Below, one piece after another: positions 18,306 through 28,686 of a DNA stretch of 37,560 nt (positions are counted from its first letter, which is position 1; each line of letters opens with the position of its first letter). Under the pieces are notes generated by a model. It saw nothing but the letters and a program-made list of their open reading frames with translations. It ran no database searches and was not told where the DNA came from. The stretch is taken from the NCBI GenBank assembly GCA_029762535.1, contig JARVGK010000029.1, forward strand, positions 1-37,560, in the 5' to 3' direction. The DNA comes from Thermoplasmatota archaeon (GTDB lineage Archaea > Thermoplasmatota > Penumbrarchaeia > Penumbrarchaeales > Penumbrarchaeaceae). The position numbers and the translations under genes are program-made.

Positions 18306-18321
18306 TCCATCAACTCCCTTT

Positions 18322-19461
18322 TCATCTCAGCAGGCTGCCCGAGATCACCATCTTCATGACCTCCGACGTGCCTTCGTAAATGCCCGTGATCCTGGCGTCG
18401 CGGTAAAGCCTCTCGACCGGGTACTCCCTCGTGTATCCGTACCCTCCGAATATCTGTATCGCCTTGTCCGTGGCGTCCACCGCCGTTTGTGCCGAGTAGA
18501 GCTTGGCCATCGCGGCCTCCTTGGAGAACCTCTTCCCCTGGTCCTTCATGTAGGCGGCGTTCATGACAAGGAAGCGCGCGGCCTCTATTCTGGTCGCCAT
18601 ATCAGCGATCATCCACTGTATCGCCTGGAAGCTCGATATCGGCTTTCCGAACTGATGCCTCTGCTTGGAATAGGCTACCGATTCCTCCAGGGCGGCCTGG
18701 GCAATGCCGACGGCCTGGGCGGCGATCCCGATCCTGCCCCCGTCCAGGGTGGACAGGGCGATCTTGAAGCCCTCCCCCTCCTTCCCCAGGAGGTTCTCCT
18801 TGGGGACCTCCATGTCCTCGAATATTAGCTCGGAGGTCATGGACGCGTTGATGCCTATCTTCTCGAATATGGAGCCGACCTTGTATCCCTTGAAATCGCT
18901 CTCTATGATGAAGGCGCTTATGCCTTTGGGGCCCTTTTCCCTGTCCGTGACGGCGAAAGCGATTATTATCCCCGCCTTCGGACCGCTCGTTATGAAAGTC
19001 TTTGTCCCGTTGAGGATGTAATGATCGCCCTTGAGCTCAGCCGTTGATTTCATGGCACCAAGGTCCGAACCCGCGTCAGGCTCGGTCCCGCCGAAAGCGC
19101 CTATCTTCTCGCCCCTGGCGAGGATCGGCAGGTATTTCGCCTTCTGCTCCTCGGTTCCGTATTGGATGATGGGCCAGGCGGTCAGGGAGTTGTGTACTGA
19201 TGTGACGACTCCGGTGGATGCGCATGCCCTGGAGATCTCCTCGATTATAGTGGCATACGTCACATGGTCAAGTCCCGGTCCCCCGTATTCCGCGGGTATG
19301 ATGGCGCCGAGGATCCCGAGCTCGGCCATCTTCTTCAATATCTCGTGGGGGTACTCCTCCTTTCGGTCCCTCTCGGCGGCACCGGGGGCGATCTCGCGTG
19401 CGGCGAACTCGCGGACCATGTTCCTGATCATGACCTGCTGTTCATTGAGCTCCAGAATCAT
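18322..19461 (-). CDS. Short/branched-chain acyl-CoA dehydrogenase, first gene of the Hdr operon
   Basis: Start MILELNEQQ at 19461. FGGTEPDAGSD, NGTKTFIT, LDGGRIGIAAQ, FGGYGY, IYEGTSE with catalytic Glu. Confidence 0.93.
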   Translation of the reverse strand: MILELNEQQVMIRNMVREFAAREIAPGAAERDRKEEYPHEILKKMAELGILGAIIPAEYGGPGLDHVTYATIIEEISRACASTGVVTSVHNSLTAWPIIQYGTEEQKAKYLPILARGEKIGAFGGTEPDAGSDLGAMKSTAELKGDHYILNGTKTFITSGPKAGIIIAFAVTDREKGPKGISAFIIESDFKGYKVGSIFEKIGINASMTSELIFEDMEVPKENLLGKEGEGFKIALSTLDGGRIGIAAQAVGIAQAALEESVAYSKQRHQFGKPISSFQAIQWMIADMATRIEAARFLVMNAAYMKDQGKRFSKEAAMAKLYSAQTAVDATDKAIQIFGGYGYTREYPVERLYRDARITGIYEGTSEVMKMVISGSLLR

Positions 19462-19484
19462 GGTCCGGGCCAAAGGGGTTACGA

Positions 19485-19500
19485 AAAATAAACCTTTCCG
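19485..19500 (-). promoter_or_regulatory. Archaeal BRE + TATA box for the ACAD-ETF-Hdr-Mvh operon (probably leaderless)
   Basis: Minus strand CGGAAAGG-TTTATTTT ending ~24 nt before the ATG at 19461, with no RBS upstream. Confidence 0.6.
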
Positions 19501-19714
19501 TGGGTCGTCTTTTAAAAATCGCGACATTGATGGAACGATGTTAATATGGGCTTTTATTTCGGTAACATTTCCCGACACAGGACGGTCGCGCTTATTATCC
19601 GGCCTATGTCATGGCCATGGGTCGTAAACGTTATAAACAACGTCCCCGCATAAAGATGATGCATATGGATGTCGAGGGGCCATGGTCCATCCTCGATCCA
19701 CAGGAGCTGTTCAT

Positions 19715-20713
19715 ATGAAGAAAATAGCTATTATAGCCATAGTCATCGGCGGCCTGGTACTTGCAGGAGGAGGATTCCTCCTAGGAGCGAACAGGGGTTC
19801 CATAAGTATATTCGACCCCTCCGGGAGCGGAAAGGACAGCATCGAATGCCCCGAGTGGGAGATCGGCATGTTCTGGACGTTCACGTATCAGACCCCGGCC
19901 ATTCAGCCTACGACGGCAAAAATGGTGGTCGCCACCAAGAACTCCACCCAGTACCAGCTGGGGATGGACAGTCGACTGGATGCCCAGAGGCATGCCGTGC
20001 TCAACTACAACCCATTCATTGGCCGGATAACGGTCGATAATCTGGCCGTATCCGAGAAGGGCGTCATGCAGAACTTCTTCTCCTTCCCTCTTCAGAGGGG
20101 GAAGACCTGGACCTTCTCCTTCTTCGACAGGGAGCAGTGGGATGCTAAAGTGGTCTCGATAGTCGATAACCCTCTCTCGGAGGGAGATCACGTGCTGGTG
20201 AACATCGAGGCCTCGAGCGGGACGGGGGATTCCCTGACATATAACTACGACTCCTCCGTGGGATGGTATAGGTCCCTCACATTAAAGGACAGCGCGGGTA
20301 ACGTGGAGATAAGTATGGCCTTGGTCGAAGGCGGGAGCGGATACAAGGGCGATCTCCACTACGTCAGGGGGAGGGACCTCTTCAAGAAGGACTACACGTC
20401 CTCCACCGGATCGCCCACGATAGATTTCTACGATTCGTTCATCGATCGGGGCCATCCCACATGGGGTCCCTTCGACAGGCTCATCTACTTCTACGAGGTC
20501 CAGACCGGGTCCCAGAGCAACGGCCTGCTGACGATAAGGGACCATTCGACGACAACGGTCCTGAGGAAGGTATATGATCCAGGCATCAGCGAGAGCAGCC
20601 TCGGGTCCATGCGCAGCTCCGGAGGCGAGGTCGGAATAACGGTCGCCCTTCAGGGTAGCTGCGGGCTCAAGCTCATGGTAGCCGGGGGTATAGAGTACAC
20701 CTGGAGGATATGA
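19715..20713 (+). CDS. Secreted or N-terminally anchored hypothetical protein
   Basis: Start MKKIAIIAIVIGGLVLAGGGFLLG after AGGAG. Beta-rich body with a 'CPEWEIG' start motif. No family recognised. Confidence 0.8.
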   Translation: MKKIAIIAIVIGGLVLAGGGFLLGANRGSISIFDPSGSGKDSIECPEWEIGMFWTFTYQTPAIQPTTAKMVVATKNSTQYQLGMDSRLDAQRHAVLNYNPFIGRITVDNLAVSEKGVMQNFFSFPLQRGKTWTFSFFDREQWDAKVVSIVDNPLSEGDHVLVNIEASSGTGDSLTYNYDSSVGWYRSLTLKDSAGNVEISMALVEGGSGYKGDLHYVRGRDLFKKDYTSSTGSPTIDFYDSFIDRGHPTWGPFDRLIYFYEVQTGSQSNGLLTIRDHSTTTVLRKVYDPGISESSLGSMRSSGGEVGITVALQGSCGLKLMVAGGIEYTWRI

Positions 20714-20741
20714 AGGGGCGATGTTCCCATACTTCCCGGAA

Positions 20742-20756
20742 GAAAGGATTATTAAA
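20742..20756 (+). promoter_or_regulatory. BRE + TATA box for the cobO-mutase operon
   Basis: GAAAGGA-TTATTAAA ending ~27 nt before the ATG at 20783. Confidence 0.55.
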
Positions 20757-20782
20757 GGCGACCCGATTAACGAGGGCTTGTC

Positions 20783-21307
20783 ATGTCTTTCGAAAAGGGA
20801 TACGTTCAGCTCTACACCGGCAACGGAAAGGGCAAGACCACCGCAGCTGTGGGGTTGGGTGTAAGGGCCTCGGGGGCGGGGCTGAAGGTCGCGATGATCC
20901 AGTTCATGAAGGGAAGGCGCTACAGCGAGATCGATGCGATAGAGAGATTGAGGGGTTTCGAGGTGTTCCAGCACGGCAGGGACGAGTTCGTGAACAAAGG
21001 GGATCCCGAGAGGATCGACATCGATCTGGCCAGGGGCGGGATGGAACGCGCCCGGGAGGCGATCGGGAGCGGCGAGTACGACCTCGTCATTCTGGACGAG
21101 ATAAACGTCGCCATCGATTTCGGGCTCGTCGATCTCGATGATGTGTTGAGGATGCTCGATTCGAGGCCCGCCCATGTCGAGATCGTCCTCACTGGCAGGT
21201 ATGCCCCGAAAGAGCTCATGGAAATGGCCGACCTGGTCACCGAGATGCGGGAGATCAGGCATTTCTACAACAGCGGCGTTGAGGCGAGGAAGGGAATCGA
21301 ATATTGA
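20783..21307 (+). CDS. cobO: ATP:cob(I)alamin adenosyltransferase, CobA/CobO/BtuR type
   Basis: YTGNGKGKTTAA, IQFMKG, LVILDE, LTGR, ADLVTEM, RKGIEY. Confidence 0.95.
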   Translation: MSFEKGYVQLYTGNGKGKTTAAVGLGVRASGAGLKVAMIQFMKGRRYSEIDAIERLRGFEVFQHGRDEFVNKGDPERIDIDLARGGMERAREAIGSGEYDLVILDEINVAIDFGLVDLDDVLRMLDSRPAHVEIVLTGRYAPKELMEMADLVTEMREIRHFYNSGVEARKGIEY

Positions 21308-21322
21308 TCCACAGGTGTTCCA

Positions 21323-22999
<1,677 letters not shown>

Positions 23000-23009
23000 G
23001 GTGATGCCA

Positions 23010-23405
23010 ATGGAGAGGAAGATAAGGGTGCTCGTAGCGAAACCGGGGCTTGACGGACACGATCGGGGCGCGAAGGTGGTCGCCAGGGCGCTGAGGGACT
23101 CGGGTATGGAGGTCATCTATACCGGGCTGCATCAGACCGCGGAGATGATAGTGAACAGCGCGTTACAGGAGGACGTGGACGTCGTGGGGCTGTCCTTGCT
23201 CTCCGGGGCCCACATGACGCTCTTCAGGGACGTGACGGACCTCTTGAAGGAGAAAGGGATGGATGATGTGTTGGTCGTGGGAGGGGGGATAATCCCCGAA
23301 GAGGATGTGACCCCCCTGAAAGAGGCGGGGATCAGGGGCGTTTTCGGTCCGGGCACGCCGCTCGAGGACATCATTGAGTTCATAAAGGGGAACGTGAAGG
23401 GATGA
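23010..23405 (+). CDS. Acyl-CoA mutase small (cobalamin-binding) subunit
   Basis: [10 protein letters not shown] (DxHxxG), SLLSGAH, VGGGIIP, FGPGT. Start 23010 chosen for its spacing from GAGGTG; 23001 or 23004 also possible. Confidence 0.93.
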   Translation: MERKIRVLVAKPGLDGHDRGAKVVARALRDSGMEVIYTGLHQTAEMIVNSALQEDVDVVGLSLLSGAHMTLFRDVTDLLKEKGMDDVLVVGGGIIPEEDVTPLKEAGIRGVFGPGTPLEDIIEFIKGNVKG

Positions 23406-24343
23406 AGGACCTGGCCGAGAGGGCCGTCAATGGTGACGACAGGGCCGTTGCGCGGTTGATCACGCATGCCGAGAACTGCCATCCGGACCTGTACGAAGCG
23501 ATGAGGATCATCCATCGGCACGGCGGAAGAGCCCAGGTCATAGGGATCACCGGGGTGATGGGTGCCGGAAAGTCGACATTGATAGCGGAGATCGCCCTGG
23601 AGTATAGAAAGAGGGGAAAGACCGTCGGGATAATCGCCATAGATCCGACCTCTCCATTTACAGGGGGGGCCCTCTTAGGGGATCGGATCCGGATGTCGAG
23701 ATTGACCATGGACCCGGGCATATTCATACGCAGCATGGGGACAAGGGGAATGCTCGGAGGATTGACGGGGGCGGTCTATGACGTCATGGAGATCATGGAC
23801 GCCTCGGGGAAGGACGTCATCATCGTCGAGACCGTGGGCGTTGGACAGGCCGAGGTGGACATCATCAAGATAGCCGATACGACCCTTGTCGTACTCGTTC
23901 CGGGGTTGGGGGATTCCATCCAGACGATAAAGGCGGGGCTCATGGAGATCGCCGACATATTCGTGGTCAACAAAGCTGATGTCCCTGGGATCGAGCGGAC
24001 CATGGCCGAGATCGAGTCCATGATAGATCTGGGGCACAGGCCGGGAGTGAGGAAGACCCCGGTCCTGGCCACCGCCGCGAAAGAGTGCAAGGGCATAACG
24101 GAGCTCGTCGATGCCATCGAAGAGCATCGTGAGTTCATCGTAGGGTCCGGATCCCTCCCCGATCGGAGAAGGAAGAGATACGAGGCGGAGCTGGTTGAGA
24201 TCATCAGGAAGAGGCTGATGACGATGATCTTCGACGAGAAGGTCTTCCGGGAGAAGGTGGAGAGCCTGATAGGCAGGATAGAGGGCAAGGAGACGGATCC
24301 CTACTCCGCGGCAGAAGAGATCCTGGACGGATTGCTGAAATGA
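23402..24343 (+). CDS. meaB: MeaB/ArgK GTPase metallochaperone of B12 mutases
   Basis: [54 protein letters not shown]. Confidence 0.95.
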   Translation: MKDLAERAVNGDDRAVARLITHAENCHPDLYEAMRIIHRHGGRAQVIGITGVMGAGKSTLIAEIALEYRKRGKTVGIIAIDPTSPFTGGALLGDRIRMSRLTMDPGIFIRSMGTRGMLGGLTGAVYDVMEIMDASGKDVIIVETVGVGQAEVDIIKIADTTLVVLVPGLGDSIQTIKAGLMEIADIFVVNKADVPGIERTMAEIESMIDLGHRPGVRKTPVLATAAKECKGITELVDAIEEHREFIVGSGSLPDRRRKRYEAELVEIIRKRLMTMIFDEKVFREKVESLIGRIEGKETDPYSAAEEILDGLLK

Positions 24344-24349
24344 TGTCCG

Positions 24350-27300
24350 TCACTCCTCCCACTCTTTCATCTCGGATCTCCTTCTGAAGATCATGTAAAC
24401 GGCGATCAGTGCGATGACGGCAAGCAAGATCAGGATGGATGAGATTATGATGGCTATGGGCAAATCCTTTTCCGGTCCATCCGGGGACCTGATCCCGTCC
24501 TTTACAGGTTCCATTATGATATTGACGATCTGTTCGGTCCCGTTAACGAATATCTCTCCAGTCCCTTTGGGTTCGAAGCCTTCGGCCCAGACGGTATAGG
24601 AATACACCCCTGGCTCAAGGTCTGTTATGGAGTAACTACCATCAGATCCGCTCATCGCCAAGGTCAAGTTGTCGACGTCCCGGATCCTGGCTCCGCCTAT
24701 GGGCCTGCCCTCGGGATCGGTCACTTTCCCTTCGATCGATCCTAAAACGATCGGAGGTTCAGGGGCACGATCCAAAGTGATGTTATTGTAAAGGACGATC
24801 CCTGCCAGGATCGTCACCTGGACCTCCATGGAGATGTATCCTTCGGCGGTAGCGTTCAAAGTAAAAGCTCCCTGAGGGACCGCATCGAACCTGTAGGTCC
24901 CGTCCTCTCCGGTACGGATCGAAATTCCCAATGGCCAGAGAGAGACATCCGCTCCGACTATCGGATCCCCCTCCTCGTTTAATATAGATCCCCTCAGGAT
25001 CCCGGTGGTGACGACGGGAGGGATCGGGTCGAGGGCGATATCTATCGATCTGGATCCAATTGGGATGAATATTTCGATGGTCCGGTTGAAATAACCCTCC
25101 TTGAACCCGTTCAGGACATAGTTACCTTCCGGGATCCCTTCCAACTGGAAGCAACCGGATGTGTTGGTCCATGCAAGAACCGGAGAGATCGATCCGGGCA
25201 TGGATGGGGACAATGTGATCTCAACTCCTTCAAGAGGTTCTCTCGTGATGTTGTCGGTCACGTTTCCGTTCAAACGATACTGAACGGGAACAGGGATCGG
25301 GTCCATCCGGACTGTGATGTTGCGTTGGATCCCTTCGGGAAGGTCCATGTCCAGGGTCTCGTTGAAGTAGCCCGTTCCGTTGAGATGAATCCTGTATGGA
25401 CCAGCAACGAGCGAAGGGAAGGATGCATGACCCGAAGGATCTGTCCTGCCCAGGAGATGGATCTCGATCCCGTCGGTCCTGGTCAGTGTGACATTGCATC
25501 CTTCGATCGGATCGTTCGTTGAGTTATCCAGGCTCAGGAGATTTATCGTTGATCGCGGCCTTTCCAGGATATCCAAAGTGATCGTCGCTTTGTTGTTATC
25601 CTCGAACAATTCGGAGACAAGACCGCCGGGATCCGCTTCCACCGTCAAGGTATAACTCCCGACAAACCCGGTCGTATTTAGCTGGAAGGAGGCCGATGTC
25701 GTCGATCCCGACCGGATCGACGAAACATCGACCGATCCGAGGATCCCCTTTCCTTCCAGGGAGAATTCCAATCCGAAAAGACCTGTCATGATCGAACCTC
25801 CGTTGATCAATTCCAGGTGAATATCGATCGTCTCATTGGTCAGGATCGGACCAGGGTCCGATATGTCCAGGGTGATGTCCGGAGCTCTAAGGATCTCCAC
25901 CAGGACGACATCGTTCGGATTCATGGTCAATGTCAGTGTCAGGGGCAGGGAGACGGATCCCCGGACCAGCTCCCGGACGCCGTTCGTGGTCTTGATGATC
26001 GAGACATTGCCGGGGCCGAGATCGTACGCTTCCAGGTCCAGGTCGAAGGTCACAGGGTCGTCGATCCAGTTCACGAGGACATGACCTATAGCGCCCTCCT
26101 GAGACCTCCAGGCGCTGTTGAGGACCGCCGATTCGTTGAAAGGGTTGCCGAAAGCCCCAATGCTTCCAAAATACCATTGGACCTGCTTCCTTGGGACGTT
26201 AAGGAGAGGGGGTTTCAGCATCCTTCCCTGAACCACATAGTCGTTTCCATAGGTCGCTGCGGCCTTTGAGGTCCGATCGTAAAGCTGCAATAGTCCAGGC
26301 CAGATATCGGATTGTTTCGCACCGCCTCCGGACATGATCTCTCCCTGGACCAGGGATCGGGCCAGTCCCCTCTCGATCTGTTCGTTGAGGACCTCGGGAT
26401 AGCTCTTACCAAGGTAGAGTGGCTCCCCGAAGGAGGTGATGTATTCGTGATATACATACCCGAAGGCCGGGACGAACTGCGCCCTATCGCCATAGATTTG
26501 CTTTGTCCATGGATAGAGCATGTATTCCTCGGCATTGTCCCGGGAGACGTAGGTGTCCATGTACGGCAGGTAGAACTCGCAAGGCTCCTCGACGCTGACG
26601 ACGAGGTCCGGGTTCAGTGCCCTGCCAAGGTTCCTGCACTCCTGAAGGATCGATCCCAGGGCGATGCTCATATCCCTGGAATACCCCACGGGATGGCCGT
26701 GGGATGCGTTGTAGCAGGGATAGTTCGTCCCGATGGGGAACTCGTCGATCTGGACCACATCGACCCCCAGCCTGATGCATTCGAGGAAGTTCTGGACCAC
26801 GAGATCGTGCCAGAACTGGGTGTGAGGGCACATCCTGGCGCATTGCCAGTCTATGGTGGCGTAGTTCTCATCGATGAGGACCGATCCGTCCTCCTTCAGG
26901 GCCGCCCAGGGTTTGCCTGTTGAATTGAAATAGGACCAGTTGGAGTAGCCGATGTCTCCCCGGGTGATCCTCCATACGGTCCCTGACATGTAGACGAACC
27001 CATGGTCCCCTGTCGAGTCCAGGTCGTCCATCGCGGATATGAACTCCTCCTCCCCCTCCGCGGGTGGGAAGAAGTTGGGGCCGACCCAACCGCCCTCCTT
27101 CTCCCAGGTGAAGATAAGAGCCGTGGTGTTCAGGTCCGTCAGGTCGGACATCTCCTGGGTCATGTTGACGATGGCAGGGAGCGTGTTGTGTATGATCCCC
27201 CTATCCCTGTTCGCGGCGCTGAGTACGGAGGTGTTCAGCCACCATTCCGGGGTATCCTTATCGATCCCAACCTTGCCCCCGGAGACGAACGGAGTGGTCA

Positions 27301-28231
27301 TCGCCCATTCGGAGTAGATGTCCGCCGCATCGTACCAGTCCCCGTGGAAGGTGCCGAGCAGGGCATCGTATGTCATCTCCAGTCCGTTCCCCGGGTATTC
27401 CGGAGGGAATAACTGGAAGTAGGAGGAGAGCCGCCTCTGGGAATCCCAGTCGAGGGAGACCATGTTCAGTTTCTTCGGATATCCTTGTGTATCCTGTGTG
27501 GCCATATACAGTCCTGCCTCATCGGGATCGTAATGGCACATGAACTGCATGGAAACCCCTGCTGGATACATATCCGAGAGATAGAGGGAATCGATATCCA
27601 GAAGCGGGTCCTGAAGGACCAATCCGTCCCCGGTGGGGTAGAAGATAAAGTCATCATCCTGTTCCGGACCTATGGGCCCCATCCCCCAGACGAGCGGGAA
27701 GAAGGCGTACTTGATGACCATCTCCGATCCGCATTCGATATCGAGCCTCATCCTGAACAGGGAGGATCCCTCATCGATCCGGACGTGGATCGAAGTGTTG
27801 AGGTCGAATCCCTTGACCATGGAGTGGTTGATGTACAGATCCCCTCCGGAGGATGAGGTGGTATATTTGTATGATACGGAGGCGGCATCCCACTGGAGGG
27901 CGGCATCGGTGCCCGTCCCCGGATCGTAGAAGAGGGCGTATACTATCGGGGGCACCTCCTTGTCCGGGCGTAGATCGATCCCCGTGGCCTTGTCTATCAA
28001 ACGGTCCAGACCGCCTTTGGTGCCCTTGCTGAAGGATAGCTCGACCAGATCGTTCCCGATACGTACCTCCTGGGCGTCCTCGTCGACGTAGCATGTGTCC
28101 GAGCGGCAGTTTTGTATGAGAATGGGTCCAGATCGAGTGGTCAAACCGGTGATAGCCGATCGTCCAATAATGGATGATAGGATCAGTATCATTGTCGCAA
28201 GAGCATAAATGGAGACTAACCTGTGACGCAT
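24350..28231 (-). CDS. Large cell-surface protein: signal peptide, DUF6259-like glycoside-hydrolase-type domain, CARDB-like domain, ~4 carboxypeptidase-regulatory-like repeats, C-terminal TM anchor
   Basis: SMQF..Y, GDWYDAADIY.EW, MCP.T.FW, GVDVVQIDEF...CY...HGHP; ADPGGLVSELFEDNN; repeated 'G.VTD..G.PI.GA...T...G.Y'; IAIIISSILILLAVIALIAVYMIF-RRR. Confidence 0.8.
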   Translation of the reverse strand: MRHRLVSIYALATMILILSSIIGRSAITGLTTRSGPILIQNCRSDTCYVDEDAQEVRIGNDLVELSFSKGTKGGLDRLIDKATGIDLRPDKEVPPIVYALFYDPGTGTDAALQWDAASVSYKYTTSSSGGDLYINHSMVKGFDLNTSIHVRIDEGSSLFRMRLDIECGSEMVIKYAFFPLVWGMGPIGPEQDDDFIFYPTGDGLVLQDPLLDIDSLYLSDMYPAGVSMQFMCHYDPDEAGLYMATQDTQGYPKKLNMVSLDWDSQRRLSSYFQLFPPEYPGNGLEMTYDALLGTFHGDWYDAADIYSEWAMTTPFVSGGKVGIDKDTPEWWLNTSVLSAANRDRGIIHNTLPAIVNMTQEMSDLTDLNTTALIFTWEKEGGWVGPNFFPPAEGEEEFISAMDDLDSTGDHGFVYMSGTVWRITRGDIGYSNWSYFNSTGKPWAALKEDGSVLIDENYATIDWQCARMCPHTQFWHDLVVQNFLECIRLGVDVVQIDEFPIGTNYPCYNASHGHPVGYSRDMSIALGSILQECRNLGRALNPDLVVSVEEPCEFYLPYMDTYVSRDNAEEYMLYPWTKQIYGDRAQFVPAFGYVYHEYITSFGEPLYLGKSYPEVLNEQIERGLARSLVQGEIMSGGGAKQSDIWPGLLQLYDRTSKAAATYGNDYVVQGRMLKPPLLNVPRKQVQWYFGSIGAFGNPFNESAVLNSAWRSQEGAIGHVLVNWIDDPVTFDLDLEAYDLGPGNVSIIKTTNGVRELVRGSVSLPLTLTLTMNPNDVVLVEILRAPDITLDISDPGPILTNETIDIHLELINGGSIMTGLFGLEFSLEGKGILGSVDVSSIRSGSTTSASFQLNTTGFVGSYTLTVEADPGGLVSELFEDNNKATITLDILERPRSTINLLSLDNSTNDPIEGCNVTLTRTDGIEIHLLGRTDPSGHASFPSLVAGPYRIHLNGTGYFNETLDMDLPEGIQRNITVRMDPIPVPVQYRLNGNVTDNITREPLEGVEITLSPSMPGSISPVLAWTNTSGCFQLEGIPEGNYVLNGFKEGYFNRTIEIFIPIGSRSIDIALDPIPPVVTTGILRGSILNEEGDPIVGADVSLWPLGISIRTGEDGTYRFDAVPQGAFTLNATAEGYISMEVQVTILAGIVLYNNITLDRAPEPPIVLGSIEGKVTDPEGRPIGGARIRDVDNLTLAMSGSDGSYSITDLEPGVYSYTVWAEGFEPKGTGEIFVNGTEQIVNIIMEPVKDGIRSPDGPEKDLPIAIIISSILILLAVIALIAVYMIFRRRSEMKEWEE

Positions 28232-28293
28232 GATGATCTCCCCGTTCCCTTAATCCTGATGCGGGAAATTAAATGGACCATCTTTTGATAAGG

Positions 28294-28313
28294 TATAAAT
28301 AATAAACCTTTTC
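28294..28313 (-). promoter_or_regulatory. BRE + TATA box upstream of the surface protein gene
   Basis: Minus strand GAAAAGG-TTTATTATTTATA, the same GAAAGGTTTAT core as at 19490-19498. Confidence 0.55.
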
Positions 28314-28443
28314 AATATCGAAAGATTCGAACCTCTCATCGACTGAGAGCAAACGGTTCTATGGATGGATAATTATCCGCCCTATTATCGAGCCAATGAT
28401 CGATGCTCCCCTTGTCGACCCGGTTGAGGACCATCGATCTGTG

Positions 28444-28668
28444 TCAGCATGTCGAATGAACGATCGCATGGTTCGGGCATGCGTTGACGCATGCGCAGCA
28501 TGATATGCACATCTCGATGTCCACGCAGTCCGCCTTTCCCTCGTCCAGGATCAGGATCCTCATGGGGCATGCCTGGACGCATTCGCCGGATCCCGTGCAT
28601 CTGTCAAGATCCACGGTCCAGGTGATGTCCGGATCCAGTCCGTTCGATGTATAGCTTCTCGTCGTCAT
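28444..28668 (-). CDS. 2x[4Fe-4S]-type ferredoxin
   Basis: CTGSGECVQACP (Ser at the second Cys position) and CISCCACVNACP, 18 nt downstream of an ACAD gene. Confidence 0.88.
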   Translation of the reverse strand: MTTRSYTSNGLDPDITWTVDLDRCTGSGECVQACPMRILILDEGKADCVDIEMCISCCACVNACPNHAIVHSTC

Positions 28669-28686
28669 GTAATATGCCTCCGGATA

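Noticed and set aside
1950-19578. N-terminal extensions in the ORF track for mvhA, mvhD, hdrL, hdrA, hdrB and ACAD
   Set aside because: They overlap upstream genes. Internal starts with an RBS or ATGA/TGATG coupling fit the family N-termini.
19520-19620. Short inverted repeats in the divergent promoter (TGTTA...TAACA; CATGGCCATG) as operator or riboswitch
   Set aside because: Too short, not clearly repeated at other promoters, and no cobalamin-riboswitch consensus is visible.
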